From: Burkholderiales bacterium
Lineage (GTDB): Bacteria > Pseudomonadota > Gammaproteobacteria > Burkholderiales > SG8-41
DNA: 64,000 bases
Direction: 5' to 3'
Assembly: GCA_964203275.1 (NCBI GenBank)
Contig: CAXNMF010000004.1
Span: forward strand, 226,748-290,747
Positions 42,405 through 52,145 of this stretch are shown one piece after another. The notes under the pieces were generated by a model, which had not been told where the DNA came from, ran no database searches, and saw only the letters and a list, made by a program, of their open reading frames with translations. Within the stretch, counting starts at the first letter, position 1. Each line of letters opens with the position of its first letter. A program made the translations under genes and the position numbers.

Positions 42405-43217
42405 TCACTTCTTGATGAAGAACTCCATTTTCACACCGGCAAGTTCGATCACGTCGTGATCGTGCAGCGGCTGTGCCTGGGCATCAATCATTTTTCCGTT
42501 GATGATCGGGAATTTCGCTCCCTCAACGTGAGTGATGAAGTAACCCTGCGGCCGGCGCGTAATAACCGCCACCTGCAGCCCGGGCTTCCCGAGCGTGGTC
42601 AGATTCTTGACGAGATCAAGTTCACGGCCAGCACTCGGTCCCGTAAGGATTTGCACGGCGGCCAGCAGATGCGGCTCGCCGGGCTTGGCCGCTGCGGGTG
42701 CCGTAGCGGGTGCAGCAGCGGGCGCTGGTTTGGCCGAAGGAGCGGCTGACGCCGCGGGTGCCATCGAAGACTTGGGCGTCGGCGGCGGCATCGACGGTTT
42801 GGGTGTGGGCGGCGGCATTGAAGGCTTGGCTGCAGGCGCCGGCTCTGATGCAGGCTTGGGAGCCGCCGGTTTTGCCGACGGACGAAGAATCATCGTTTTT
42901 TCAAAATCTTCGGCCGGCGCCTGCGCGGGCGCGCTGGCAACATACTTGAGCTTGTATTTGCCGATCTCGATCACATCATTGTTCTGCAGGATGTGCTTCT
43001 TGATCGGGTTGCCGTTTACGAGCGTCCCGTTGGTCGAACCCATGTCCTCAAGAAACGAGTCGTTGAGTATCGTTACGATGCAGGCATGTTCGCCGCTGAC
43101 CGCAAGATTCTCGATCTGGATCTCGTTCGACGGCTTGCGTCCGATCATGATGCGCTCCTTGTCGAGCGGCACCTCGCGGATCACCGAGTTTTCGAGAGAA
43201 AGTATCAACTTCGCCAT
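42405..43217 (-). CDS. double FHA-domain protein with Pro/Ala-rich linker
   Basis: The N-terminal FHA is IMIGRKPSNEIQIENLAVSGEHACI...GSTNGTLVNGNPI. The linker has a tandem PSMPPPTPK repeat. The C-terminal FHA-like domain is ..TLGKPGLQVAVITRRPQGYFITHVEG...PIINGKMI. Confidence 0.85.
   Translation of the reverse strand: MAKLILSLENSVIREVPLDKERIMIGRKPSNEIQIENLAVSGEHACIVTILNDSFLEDMGSTNGTLVNGNPIKKHILQNNDVIEIGKYKLKYVASAPAQAPAEDFEKTMILRPSAKPAAPKPASEPAPAAKPSMPPPTPKPSMPPPTPKSSMAPAASAAPSAKPAPAAAPATAPAAAKPGEPHLLAAVQILTGPSAGRELDLVKNLTTLGKPGLQVAVITRRPQGYFITHVEGAKFPIINGKMIDAQAQPLHDHDVIELAGVKMEFFIKK
42771..42824. repeat. imperfect 27-bp tandem repeat encoding PSMPPPTPK x2 in the FHA-protein linker
   Basis: cttgggcgtcggcggcggcatcgacgg / tttgggtgtgggcggcggcattgaagg. 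Confidence 0.8.
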
Positions 43218-43234
43218 AGTGTCATCCCCGTTGC

Positions 43235-44047
43235 TTATCTGAACCAGGACTTCAGCCTGTCCACCAAACCGTTGCGGGCCGGAAAACTCTTCAGCACGCG
43301 CACCAGAATAACCGAAACATTGTCACGACCGCCATTGTCGTTGGCCTGCTGCACCAGCTGCTCCGCCGCAAGGGGCAGATTGGCCTGCAGCGAGGACAGC
43401 GTCAATTCCATATCCTCGTCGGTCACCATGTCGTTGAGACCGTCCGAGCACAATAAATAAATATCGCCAACCTCAACCGGATAACTATGCACTTCGGCTT
43501 CAACTTCGGGATCAATGCCGACTGCGCGAGTCACCAGGTTCTTGTTCTGCGAGTGCCGCGCCTGCTCTTTGGTAATCAGTCCGCTGTCGATCTGCTCCTG
43601 CAGCAGTGAATGATCCCGGGTCACCTGCTCAAGCTTGTTCGCGCGCATGCGATAGAGCCTCGAGTCCCCGATATGGCCAACAATCATCCGATCGTCATGC
43701 CACAGCGCCACCACCAGTGTGGTGCCCATGCCGGCGTACTGCTGCTGGCTCTGCGCAGCCTGGAAAATCGCGTTATTGGCACGAACGGCATGCTCGCCCA
43801 CCAGCTTCTCTGCCGTCGCCACATCAAACTCGCCGGAGATGGAGGCCAGCGCCTTCTTCAACTCGGCGCTGATCATGGCCACGGCAATGCCGCTCGCTAC
43901 TTCCCCTGCATTGTAGCCGCCCATGCCATCGGCAAGCACGGCAAGTCCGGCCGCGGCATCCGCGGCAATGCTGTCTTCGTTATGCGAACGCACCATTCCG
44001 GAGTGCGTCGCCGTTGCAATTTCAATCGCGTTGGTCAGGTCAGCCAT
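43235..44047 (-). CDS. PP2C-family Ser/Thr phosphatase
   Basis: ATHSGMVRSHNEDS...LADGMGGYNAGEVAS...LLCSDGLNDMV...NDNGGRDNVSVILV; 270 aa. Confidence 0.9.
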   Translation of the reverse strand: MADLTNAIEIATATHSGMVRSHNEDSIAADAAAGLAVLADGMGGYNAGEVASGIAVAMISAELKKALASISGEFDVATAEKLVGEHAVRANNAIFQAAQSQQQYAGMGTTLVVALWHDDRMIVGHIGDSRLYRMRANKLEQVTRDHSLLQEQIDSGLITKEQARHSQNKNLVTRAVGIDPEVEAEVHSYPVEVGDIYLLCSDGLNDMVTDEDMELTLSSLQANLPLAAEQLVQQANDNGGRDNVSVILVRVLKSFPARNGLVDRLKSWFR

Positions 44048-44054
44048 GGCTATC

Positions 44055-46621
44055 TCAGGATACCGCGGGCGCAGGCTTGGCTGCAGTCATGGTGCCGAGG
44101 CACAGGCGTATGGCCTTTGCCATCTGCTCACCATTCTGGTAACGCTGATCCGGATCCTTGGCCAGCGATTTGTTGATCACGGCTGCAACGCAGGTCGGCA
44201 ATCCGGGATTTACCGTCCGAATGTCGGCATGCGGTTCATTGGCGATCTTGAACATCAGTTGCGCCATCGATTCACCGGTAAAAGGCAGGCTGCCAGAAAG
44301 CATTTGATAAAGCGTTACCCCGAGAGAGAACAAATCAGACCGGCCTTCAACTTTCTTGCCGGCAAGTTGCTCGGGCGACATGTAGGAGGGGGTGCCAAGC
44401 ACCATTCCGGTCTTGGTCTTGGAAGAGTCAGTGACGCGGGCGATACCGAAGTCCGTCACCTTGGGCGTGTCGCTTTCCGGCTCGTACATAATGTTTGCCG
44501 GCTTGATGTCCCGATGTACGACATTCTGCTGATGCGCGTAACCCAGGGCTTCCGCCACGCGTGCCACGATCGACAGCACCTGCGGCACCGGCAACAACGC
44601 ATCCTTCTTGGTGTATGGCACCAGGTCACGCCCCTTCAGAAACTCCATCGCAATAAACGCAAGATCGTGTTCCTCGCCGGCATCGTAAATCGTGACGATA
44701 TTCGGATGTGTCAGCCGGCCTGCGGTTTCCGCTTCGCGGAAAAAACGCTCCTTGACTTCGATCAGCTCGTCACCCTCAAACTCCTGTGAAAGCGCCATGG
44801 TTTTGATCGCGACAACCCGACCGATCTTGGGGTCCTTGCCGAGGTAAACAACACCCATCGCACCCTTGCCCAGTTCCTTTTCGACCTGATATCGACCCAG
44901 CATGGGCTTTTCCATGCCGCCGCCTTCCAGCATGACCGTTCCGCCTGGATGCCCTTGTGCGCCCCCAAGAATGACTGTCTCCGACAAAGCCTTCGCCCGT
45001 GTCAGCCGCTGCTCCAGATCACGGAATTTCGGATTGAACTCGGCCATGTAGCGAAACACTGACTCTGCCTTGTTGAACTGCCGCTTGCGCTCGAAGTCCA
45101 GCGCCAGGCTGTACAGATTCTCCATCACCGGATCACTGAGCGGACATTGCCTGAACTTGTCCCAGGCCAGATCAAGCTGCCCCTGGGCTTGATAGGCAAT
45201 ACCCAGCATGCGGCTTGATTCGGCGGATTCGGCATCGGATTTTTCCTTGCCACGCTCGGTGACCAGAAAGCGTTTTGTCGTCAATGCCGCGTAGCCGACC
45301 GCCAGCAGCGCGGTCGACGCCATCAACTGGATCCACATGAGTTGCGAAATCATCAGACCGAAATGGGTTGCGATAAGCACAATACCGATACCGAGACTCA
45401 GTATTGCGGCAACACCGGCCTTGAGCCGCGGCAGCAGGATGATCAAATAAAGCGCTATCGCAAGAAACACGCCCGCCTGAACCCAGATGCCCCAAGAGGG
45501 GGTGATGAAAAAGTGTTCGCCCAGAATGCTCGATACCGTATGCGCCAGCGTCATGACTGGCGCTGTGGCCGGTGACACCGGCGTCACCTGCGCCGTACCC
45601 AGACCCGCCGCGGTCGCACCAATCAAGACAATCTTGTCCTGATACTTTGATGCAGGAACCTTGCCGCTGATGACATCAAAAAAAGAATCCACCGGAAACG
45701 GCGGCCGGCCATCACGATCCGCATAGAAAAAGGTGTGCATGCGCAGTTCCGGATCAGTCAGCACGCTGCAATTTTCCTACCTGCAGCGCCTCGCCCCAGA
45801 TCGGCTTGATGTCGGAAATTCCGAGATTCAGGCTGCGCGCCGCAATCTGCACTGACAAGGCGGGGAACAGTGCTGGTCGTAATACCGAACCAGCAATGGC
45901 TCCGCACGAACTGCACCATCGACATCATTGTCCGCATTCAGGTGGCCTATCCCTGGAACGGGCGGCGCCCAGTTCGGCAATTGGATAAATCGGCAGGATA
46001 CCCGGTGGCGGCAAAAACTCTCCAGCTCCGGCTGACGTAACGCTGTTTGCGCTGACATAGGGCGGCAGCGGCTTGTCGGGATTGCCCTGTGGTTCGGCCA
46101 GTTGCTGGAACACCATCGGCAATACAACAGTTCCGGCCATTCTTGATGCTGCTGGCCAGCTTCCGGTCGGTATTCAGCGCCTGCTCTGCCTCGGTCAGCA
46201 GACTGCCAATGCGTGTGAGTGTGTCTGAACTCGCCGCTGGCTTGGCTGGGTCTGCCGCGGATTCCATTTCCTTTTGCAGAGCGATGAGTTTTTCGACATA
46301 GGCCAGCCCAGCGTCCCGCTGCGGTTCGAAAAAGAACGTGGTATTGGCAATGACTTTCGCTTTGGCACCACCCAGCAGATCTATCATCCGGGCGTGAACG
46401 TCACGCGACCAGGGCCAGCGACCGATATTGGCAATGCTGGCATCATCAATGGCGATGATCGCAATGCGATCAGAGGGCGTGCGCGACGCGGCCTTTACCC
46501 CTAAATCGTAGGCCTTGCGCTCCAGGCTCTGGATCAGGTCTCCTCGAGCGGCAACCAGCATCACGATGGCTACCAGAACCCCGAGAAACCAGTCGGCCTT
46601 CCAGAAACTCAGCTTTTTCAT
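44055..46621 (-). pseudogene. CHASE2-sensor / TM / TPR-like / Ser/Thr kinase, CHASE2 part broken by 4 frameshifts
   Basis: The gene reads through five frame segments. (1) 46621->about 46137: MKKLSFWKADWF...IDDASIANIGRWPWSRDVHA...LASSIKN. (2) ->about 45961: AGTVVLPMVFQQ...PIAELGAA. (3) ->about 45870: VPGIGHLNADNDVDGAVRAEPLLVRYYDQH. (4) ->about 45766: LFPALSVQIAARSLNLGISDIKPIWGEALQVGKLQR. (5) ORF 44055..45764: LTDPELRMHTFFY...3 TM...GRYQVEKELGKGAMGVVYLGKD...HRDIKPANIM...DFGIA...GTPSYMSPEQ. Confidence 0.8.
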
Positions 46622-46734
46622 CCCTAATACGCCCCGGTCCGCGTTGTTTTTATGTTTCGGCTGAATGGCTTAACGACGGAATTTCAAAGATTTTACGATA
46701 TTCCCCTCAAAAAGTTTTGTTTTTTTAAGTACTT

Positions 46735-46764
46735 AGTGCCAAAGGTCACACGATCATTGGCACT
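46735..46764. repeat. inverted repeat AGTGCCAA-N14-TTGGCACT upstream of the signalling operon
   Basis: Read directly. It also carries the direct repeat ACTTAGT. It lies 114-143 nt upstream of the CHASE2-kinase ATG (46621). Confidence 0.6.
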
Positions 46765-46944
46765 TAGTCCGACCGCCGGTCATCGACGCACCGACGAACG
46801 TTGCCCTGTGGCTGCCCAGCCTAATGTGATGCCCCGTCACTATTAGAAATTAAAAATGTCAATAAAAACAGATATTTATAATGAACAAAGAAAAGGCCAC
46901 GCCGCAGCGTGACCCCATACCCAACAAAACGATCAGTAATTGAA

Positions 46945-47884
46945 TCAGGTCCCGAGCAAGGCACCCTTCGCCAGTTCATTTGCTCGGGCAAAGTCGCCGC
47001 CGGAAAGTTTCTTGCCGTCTTCGCCACGTGCGCGCAACACCTCAATGAAACCGCCCTGCGCAGTCACTTTAAAACTGCCTTCAGTGACTTCAGCCACTTC
47101 GCCGATTTTGCCGGCCACATCGGCAAATCGGCGGAACAGATGCTTGCGGGCATCAAAAATCTGCACTCTTCTTGCCGTTGAGCGTGGTCCAGGCGCCCGG
47201 CGCCGGATTGGTGCCGCGGATCAGGTTGTAGACGAAATCGACATGGTTGGCCCATTGGATGTGCGCCTCGCCGGCCCGGCACCAGCCCTCATAGCTGGCC
47301 TTCGACTCATCCTGCACCGTCTCGCGTGTGTTTGCCGGCGTAAACCAGGTCGGCCGCTTCGAACATGGCCTTGACACCCATCGGGAACAGCTTGTTGAAA
47401 TACACCTCACCGATGGTTTCGTCGGGACCGATGTCGCAGGTTTTCTGCAAAATCACCGGACCTTCGTCGAGACCTTCGTTCGGCCGGAAAATGGTCAGGC
47501 CGGTTTTGGTATCGCCGCGAATGATCGGCCAGTTGATCGACGACGGGCCACGATAGAGCGGCAGCAGCGAAGGGTGATACTGGATCATCCCGATGCTTGG
47601 GAGATTTGCACGCAAGTATTGCGGCGCAAACTGCAGCACATAGGCCATCACGCCGATATCGACATTCAGCGATTTCAGTGCGTCGTGCGCTTCCGGCACC
47701 CGCAGCGACGGAAACTGGAACACCTTCAGGCCATGCGCCTCGGCTGCAGTACGTAAGCGGATCGGCTTTGGCTCCGGGTTTCTCCGGGCGCGCAGAACAC
47801 CCCCGCCACTTCGTCCTTGCGAGCGAGGAATGCCTCGAGCACTTCCTTGCCGAAATCCTGCTGTCCGATGATTGCGATTTTCAT
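46945..47884 (-). pseudogene. formyltransferase (Fmt/PurN/ArnA-N-like) gene broken by 4 single-base insertions
   Basis: The frames read in order: MKIAIIGQQDFGKEVLEAFLARKDEVAGVFCAP | EKPGAKADPL | RTAAEAHGLKVFQFPSLRVPEAHDALKSLNVDIGVMAYVLQFAP...IQYHPSLLPLYRGPSSINWPII..GDTKTGLTIF...DEGPVILQK... | TRETVQDESKASYEGWC...NLIRGTNPAPGAWTTLNGKK | VQIFDARK...KLSGGDFARANELAKG. The junctions are near 47787, 47754, 47322 and 47167. The 940 nt span minus 4 gives 312 codons. Confidence 0.7.
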
Positions 47885-47919
47885 TGCGAGTCCTTTGAAG
47901 AATTTCGATCTTGCCGCGA

Positions 47920-49189
47920 TTATTTTTTCTTCGGCGGCAGACTGAATGCGCCGGAAGCCTTCAGCTTATCGACCTGGTCATTGCCGTAGCCGAGGACATC
48001 CTTCAGCACCTCGTCGGTGTGTTCACCCAACAACGGTGAACGTTTGATTACCGCCGGCGACGCCGACAGTTTGATCGGCATGCCCACGTTGTACCACTTG
48101 CCGCGCTGCGGATGATCCAGTTCAACATACATCTCGCGACCGCGCACGTGCTCGTCGTTGGCGAGGTCTTCCGTTGACATTATCGGACCGCAGGGCACAT
48201 CCAGCGGATTGAGGATGGCCATGAATTCACGCTTGGTGAATTTCTCGGCGAACTTGTTGATCAGCGTCCACATCAGCTGCTGATTCTTGCGACGCTCACC
48301 GATCGTGGCAAAACGCGCATCGGTGGCGAGATCGGGCATGCCAACATCCGGACCGATGCGTTTTGCCAGCGCATCCCACACGGCTTCCTGCACGACAATG
48401 TACAGCCAGTCGTTGGCGCCATGCGGTTTGCAGTGAATGGCATTGCCGAGCTGACCGCCGCCGGAGTCATTGCCCGCGCGCGGGGTCTCGCCCATTCCCT
48501 TGTAGGTCGGCACCGAATATTCGGGCAGGTCGCCGCGGGTCAGACGCTGGTGATCACGCCACTTTACGCGGCACAGATTCATCACACCGTCCATCATCGC
48601 CACTTCGACATACTGGCCCTGGCCAGTACGGTTGGCCTGATGCAAGGCGGCCAGCAAACCGATCGCCAGATGCAGGCCGGTGCCGGAATCGCCGATCTGG
48701 GCGCCGGTCACAAAGGGGGCGCCATCGGGCACGCCGGTGGTACTCATGGCACCACCCATCGCCTGCGCAACGTTTTCATAAGCCTTGAAATCCGCAGTAG
48801 GGGCCGCTCGAGCCAAACCCCTTGATCGAACCCATGACTATTTTCGGATTGATCTCGTGAATCTTTTCCCAGGTGAAACCGAAACGGTCGAGCACACCGG
48901 GACCGAAGTTCTCCATGATGATGTCGCACTTTTTCAGCAGATCAATGAAGACCGTTTTGCCATCCGGGTTCTTCATGTTCACCGTAATCGACCGCTTGTT
49001 GCAGTTGAGCATCGTGAAATACAGGCTGTCGGCATTCGGAACATCGCGCAGTTGGCCGCGCGTTGCATCACCCTGCGGCGGCTCGAACTTGATGACGTCC
49101 GCGCCCATCCACGCCAGCAACTGGGAGCAGGTCGGCCCCGCCTGAACGTGGGTCATGTCGAGAATTCGAACACCCTTCAATGCTTCCAT
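47920..49189 (-). pseudogene. frc: formyl-CoA:oxalate CoA-transferase, one frameshift
   Basis: [36 protein letters not shown]...[14 protein letters not shown]...[12 protein letters not shown] is followed in another frame by [21 protein letters not shown]...GDSGTGLHL...PLLGEHTDEVL. This is collinear with E. coli/O. formigenes Frc. Removing the T at about 48796 (TAC-T-GCG GAT TTC) restores the frame. Confidence 0.85.
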
Positions 49190-49361
49190 TTTGATCTCCA
49201 GAAAATTCTGTGGCAGAAAAAAGGCTGCCTGCCGGTTATGTTCGCCGTGTTGAACGCAGCGGAAAGGCCTTTAGCACAATTTTAAGTGCAGTCGCGCCTA
49301 CCCCCCATAATTCGTTACTTGGGAGAGGGCGCCACTATAGGTAATGACCATTTCGCTGGCC

Positions 49362-49375
49362 TTGACCAGAGTCAA
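49362..49375. promoter_or_regulatory. perfect TTGAC-N4-GTCAA palindrome (FNR/FixK/Crp-family box) between frc and the regulator gene
   Basis: ttgacCAGAgtcaa read directly. It lies 173 nt from the frc ATG and 86 nt from the regulator ATG. Confidence 0.5.
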
Positions 49376-49460
49376 GATTCCACGCCAAAATTTTACCCAA
49401 TAAAACAAATAGTTATAAAATCCCACTGTCTGTCTTCCCGTCTAGTTTCATTGGCCATCC

Positions 49461-50069
49461 ATGACCCAGCTCGCGCTGCACCCCCAATCCAAAATCATCC
49501 GCCTGCAATTACGGCAGAACATGGTTTTGAAAAGTCTCGGCGCAGCGCAATGGAACGAATTCGAACCCTTGCTGGAAATCACCGATTACGCCAAAGGCGA
49601 AACTCTGGAGCATCAGGGTACGCATTCGATGGAACAGTATTTCATCATCGACGGCATCCTAAAACGCACGGTCTCCAATGCGCAGGGAAAGGAAATGATC
49701 CTGCGTTTTGCCGCTGAAAGCGACATCGACACCAGCTACGCGGCCTGGCGCCTGAAAACCCCGATGCCTTACTCGATCCGCGCGGTCACACGCGTGCGCG
49801 CTGCCAAACTGTCGATGTTGCAATGGGCGGCATTCCTCGAGCGCCATGCCAGGATCAAGGGGGAGTTCGAACTGGAAGTCATGCGCCTCATGAGCGAAGT
49901 CATGGCGCACACCATCACCCTGCATCTGCTCGACGCGCCGGGCCGGGTGCAGCGTTTCATGCGCAAAAACGCCGAACTGGGTGAACGACTGCCGAAAAAA
50001 GAACTCGCCTCCTACCTGAATCTGTCCCCGGAAACGCTGAGCCGGCTGAAACGGCGCGGGAAAATCTGA
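49461..50069 (+). CDS. Crp/Fnr-family transcriptional regulator
   Basis: 202 aa. It has a cNMP-binding-like beta barrel (GETLEHQGTHSMEQYFIIDGILKRTVSNAQGKEMILRF) and a C-terminal HTH (KKELASYLNLSPETLSRLKRRG). There is no N-terminal Cys cluster, so it is not an O2-sensing FNR proper. Confidence 0.75.
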   Translation: MTQLALHPQSKIIRLQLRQNMVLKSLGAAQWNEFEPLLEITDYAKGETLEHQGTHSMEQYFIIDGILKRTVSNAQGKEMILRFAAESDIDTSYAAWRLKTPMPYSIRAVTRVRAAKLSMLQWAAFLERHARIKGEFELEVMRLMSEVMAHTITLHLLDAPGRVQRFMRKNAELGERLPKKELASYLNLSPETLSRLKRRGKI

Positions 50070-50165
50070 TTACAACCCGGCCGGCACGTAGCAATGCGGC
50101 ACCGTTTTTTGATGCATTGCAATACCGGCTTCCCAACAGATAAGATCCTCCGCCACCGAACAAAA

Positions 50166-50179
50166 TTGACCGGGGTCAA
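50166..50179. promoter_or_regulatory. perfect TTGAC-N4-GTCAA palindrome upstream of oxc
   Basis: ttgacCGGGgtcaa read directly. It lies 166 nt upstream of the oxc ATG (50345). Confidence 0.5.
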
Positions 50180-50344
50180 GAGCGCAGACCTGCGCCCGCC
50201 CCTATGATACGGGCCTGCTATTTACAGCCACGTCCCCGGGGCGTGGATCCGCCGCAAATACTGCAACACCGCATGGCCCGCCGCGGCGGAAATAAAAATA
50301 CGAAACCCTGTTCAATTGACGGCAAGAACGCGAGGCATCCCGAG

Positions 50345-52081
50345 ATGACGACTGACACGCAAGCACAAGAAATGACCGACGGCTTCAACCTGGTCATCGA
50401 TGCACTGAAACTCAACGGCATCGACACCATTTTCGGCCTGCCCGGCATTCCGATCACCGACCTCACCCGCAAGATGCAGGCCGCCGGAATGCGCGTGATT
50501 TCGTTCCGCCACGAACAGAACGCCGGCAATGCCGCGGCGATCGCCGGATTCCTGACGCAAAAACCCGGCATCTGCCTGACGGTATCCGCGCCCGGTTTTC
50601 TAAACGGTCTGAACGCGCTGACCAATGCCACCACCAACTGCTTCCCGATGATCCTGATCAGCGGCTCCAGCGAGCGCGAGATCGTTGATCTGCAGCAGGG
50701 TGACTATGAAGAGATGGACCAGTTGGCTATCGCCAAGCCGCTGTGCAAAGCCGCCTACCGCGTATTGAATGCGGAAGACATCGGCATCGGCGTCGCACGT
50801 GCCATCCGTGCCGCCGTCTCCGGCCGTCCGGGCGGCGTCTACCTCGACTTGCCGGCGAAACTGTTCGCGCAGAGCGTCGATGCGGCTGCTGGCAAAGCCT
50901 CACTGATCAAGGTCGTTGATCCGGCGCCGCGCCAGATCCCGGCTCCCGATGCCGTCCAGCGCGCGCTGGACATGCTGAAAACCGCAAAACGTCCGCTGAT
51001 CATCTTGGGCAAAGGCGCTGCCTACGCCCAAGCCGATGACGATATCCGTGCACTGGTCGAAAAAACCGGAATCCCCTACCTGCCGATGTCGATGGCCAAG
51101 GGCCTGCTGCCGGACACGCATAAACAATCCGCAGCCGCTGCACGTTCCTACGTGCTGCCGGAAGCCGACGTGGTGATGCTGATCGGCGCACGCCTTAACT
51201 GGCTGCTGTCGCACGGCAAGGGCAAGACCTGGGGCGGCAAGGATCACAAGGCCTGGGGCGGTCAGAAATACATCCAGGTCGACATCTCGCCCCAGGAAGC
51301 CGACAGCAACGTGCGCATTGACGCACCGGTGGTCGGTGATATCGGCTCCTGCGTCGCTGCGATGCTCGGCGGCATCAAGGCTGCAGGCGCCGGTTGGCCG
51401 CAGCCCTCGGGCGATTGGCTGGGCGCGATTGACGAGCGCAAGACCAAGAACATCGCCAAGATGACCGAGACGCTTGCCAAAAATCCGGCTCCGATGAATT
51501 TCCACAGCGCGCTGAACGTGATGCGCGACATCATCAAGGACAACCCGGACGCGATGCTGGTCAACGAAGGCGCCAATGCGCTCGACTTCACCCGCAGCAT
51601 TGTCGATATGTACAAACCCCGCAAGCGCCTCGACGTCGGCACCTGGGGCGTCATGGGTATCGGCATGGGCTTTGCCGTTGCCGCAGCGGTGGTGAGCGGA
51701 AAGCCGGTGATTGCCGTGGAAGGCGATAGCGCCTTCGGTTTCTCCGGCATGGAAGTCGAGACCATCTGCCGCTACAACCTGCCGGTCTGCGTGGTGGTCA
51801 TGAACAACAACGGCGTCTACAAGGGCACCGACGTCAATCCGACCGGCGGTGCCGATGTGGCACCCACCGTATTCGTCAAAAACGCGCGCTACGACAAAAT
51901 GATGGAAGCCTTCGGCGGCGTGGGCGTGCATGCCACGACGCCGGCAGAACTACGCAAGGCGGTGGAAGAAGCCGTGCGTTCGCGCAAGCCGACGCTGATC
52001 AATGCCGTGATCGACGAAACCGCGGGCACCGAAAGCGGCCGCATCACCAGTCTGAATCCGACGGCAGCCAAAAAGAAGTAA
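50345..52081 (+). CDS. oxc: oxalyl-CoA decarboxylase (ThDP-dependent)
   Basis: [40 protein letters not shown]...[22 protein letters not shown]...; 578 aa from the ATG at 50345. The ORF-track start at 50204 adds an implausible leader. Confidence 0.9.
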   Translation: MTTDTQAQEMTDGFNLVIDALKLNGIDTIFGLPGIPITDLTRKMQAAGMRVISFRHEQNAGNAAAIAGFLTQKPGICLTVSAPGFLNGLNALTNATTNCFPMILISGSSEREIVDLQQGDYEEMDQLAIAKPLCKAAYRVLNAEDIGIGVARAIRAAVSGRPGGVYLDLPAKLFAQSVDAAAGKASLIKVVDPAPRQIPAPDAVQRALDMLKTAKRPLIILGKGAAYAQADDDIRALVEKTGIPYLPMSMAKGLLPDTHKQSAAAARSYVLPEADVVMLIGARLNWLLSHGKGKTWGGKDHKAWGGQKYIQVDISPQEADSNVRIDAPVVGDIGSCVAAMLGGIKAAGAGWPQPSGDWLGAIDERKTKNIAKMTETLAKNPAPMNFHSALNVMRDIIKDNPDAMLVNEGANALDFTRSIVDMYKPRKRLDVGTWGVMGIGMGFAVAAAVVSGKPVIAVEGDSAFGFSGMEVETICRYNLPVCVVVMNNNGVYKGTDVNPTGGADVAPTVFVKNARYDKMMEAFGGVGVHATTPAELRKAVEEAVRSRKPTLINAVIDETAGTESGRITSLNPTAAKKK

Positions 52082-52097
52082 GCACTCAAACAAAAAC

Positions 52098-52138
52098 CCC
52101 CGGTCATGGCTGGCGCCCGGACCGGGGGTTTTTATTTG
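52098..52138 (+). terminator. rho-independent terminator between oxc and tctA (convergent)
   Basis: A cccccggtc ... gaccggggg 9-bp stem followed by TTTTTATTT. An A-run on the other side serves the minus-strand gene. Confidence 0.75.
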
Positions 52139-52145
52139 AACAGGA

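Noticed and set aside
45766-47787. The many frameshifts read as programmed ribosomal frameshifting or transcriptional slippage.
   Set aside because: None of the junctions has a slippery heptamer (X XXY YYZ) or a long A/T run. They occur in unrelated genes, up to four per gene, and in both directions. This is inconsistent with recoding signals.
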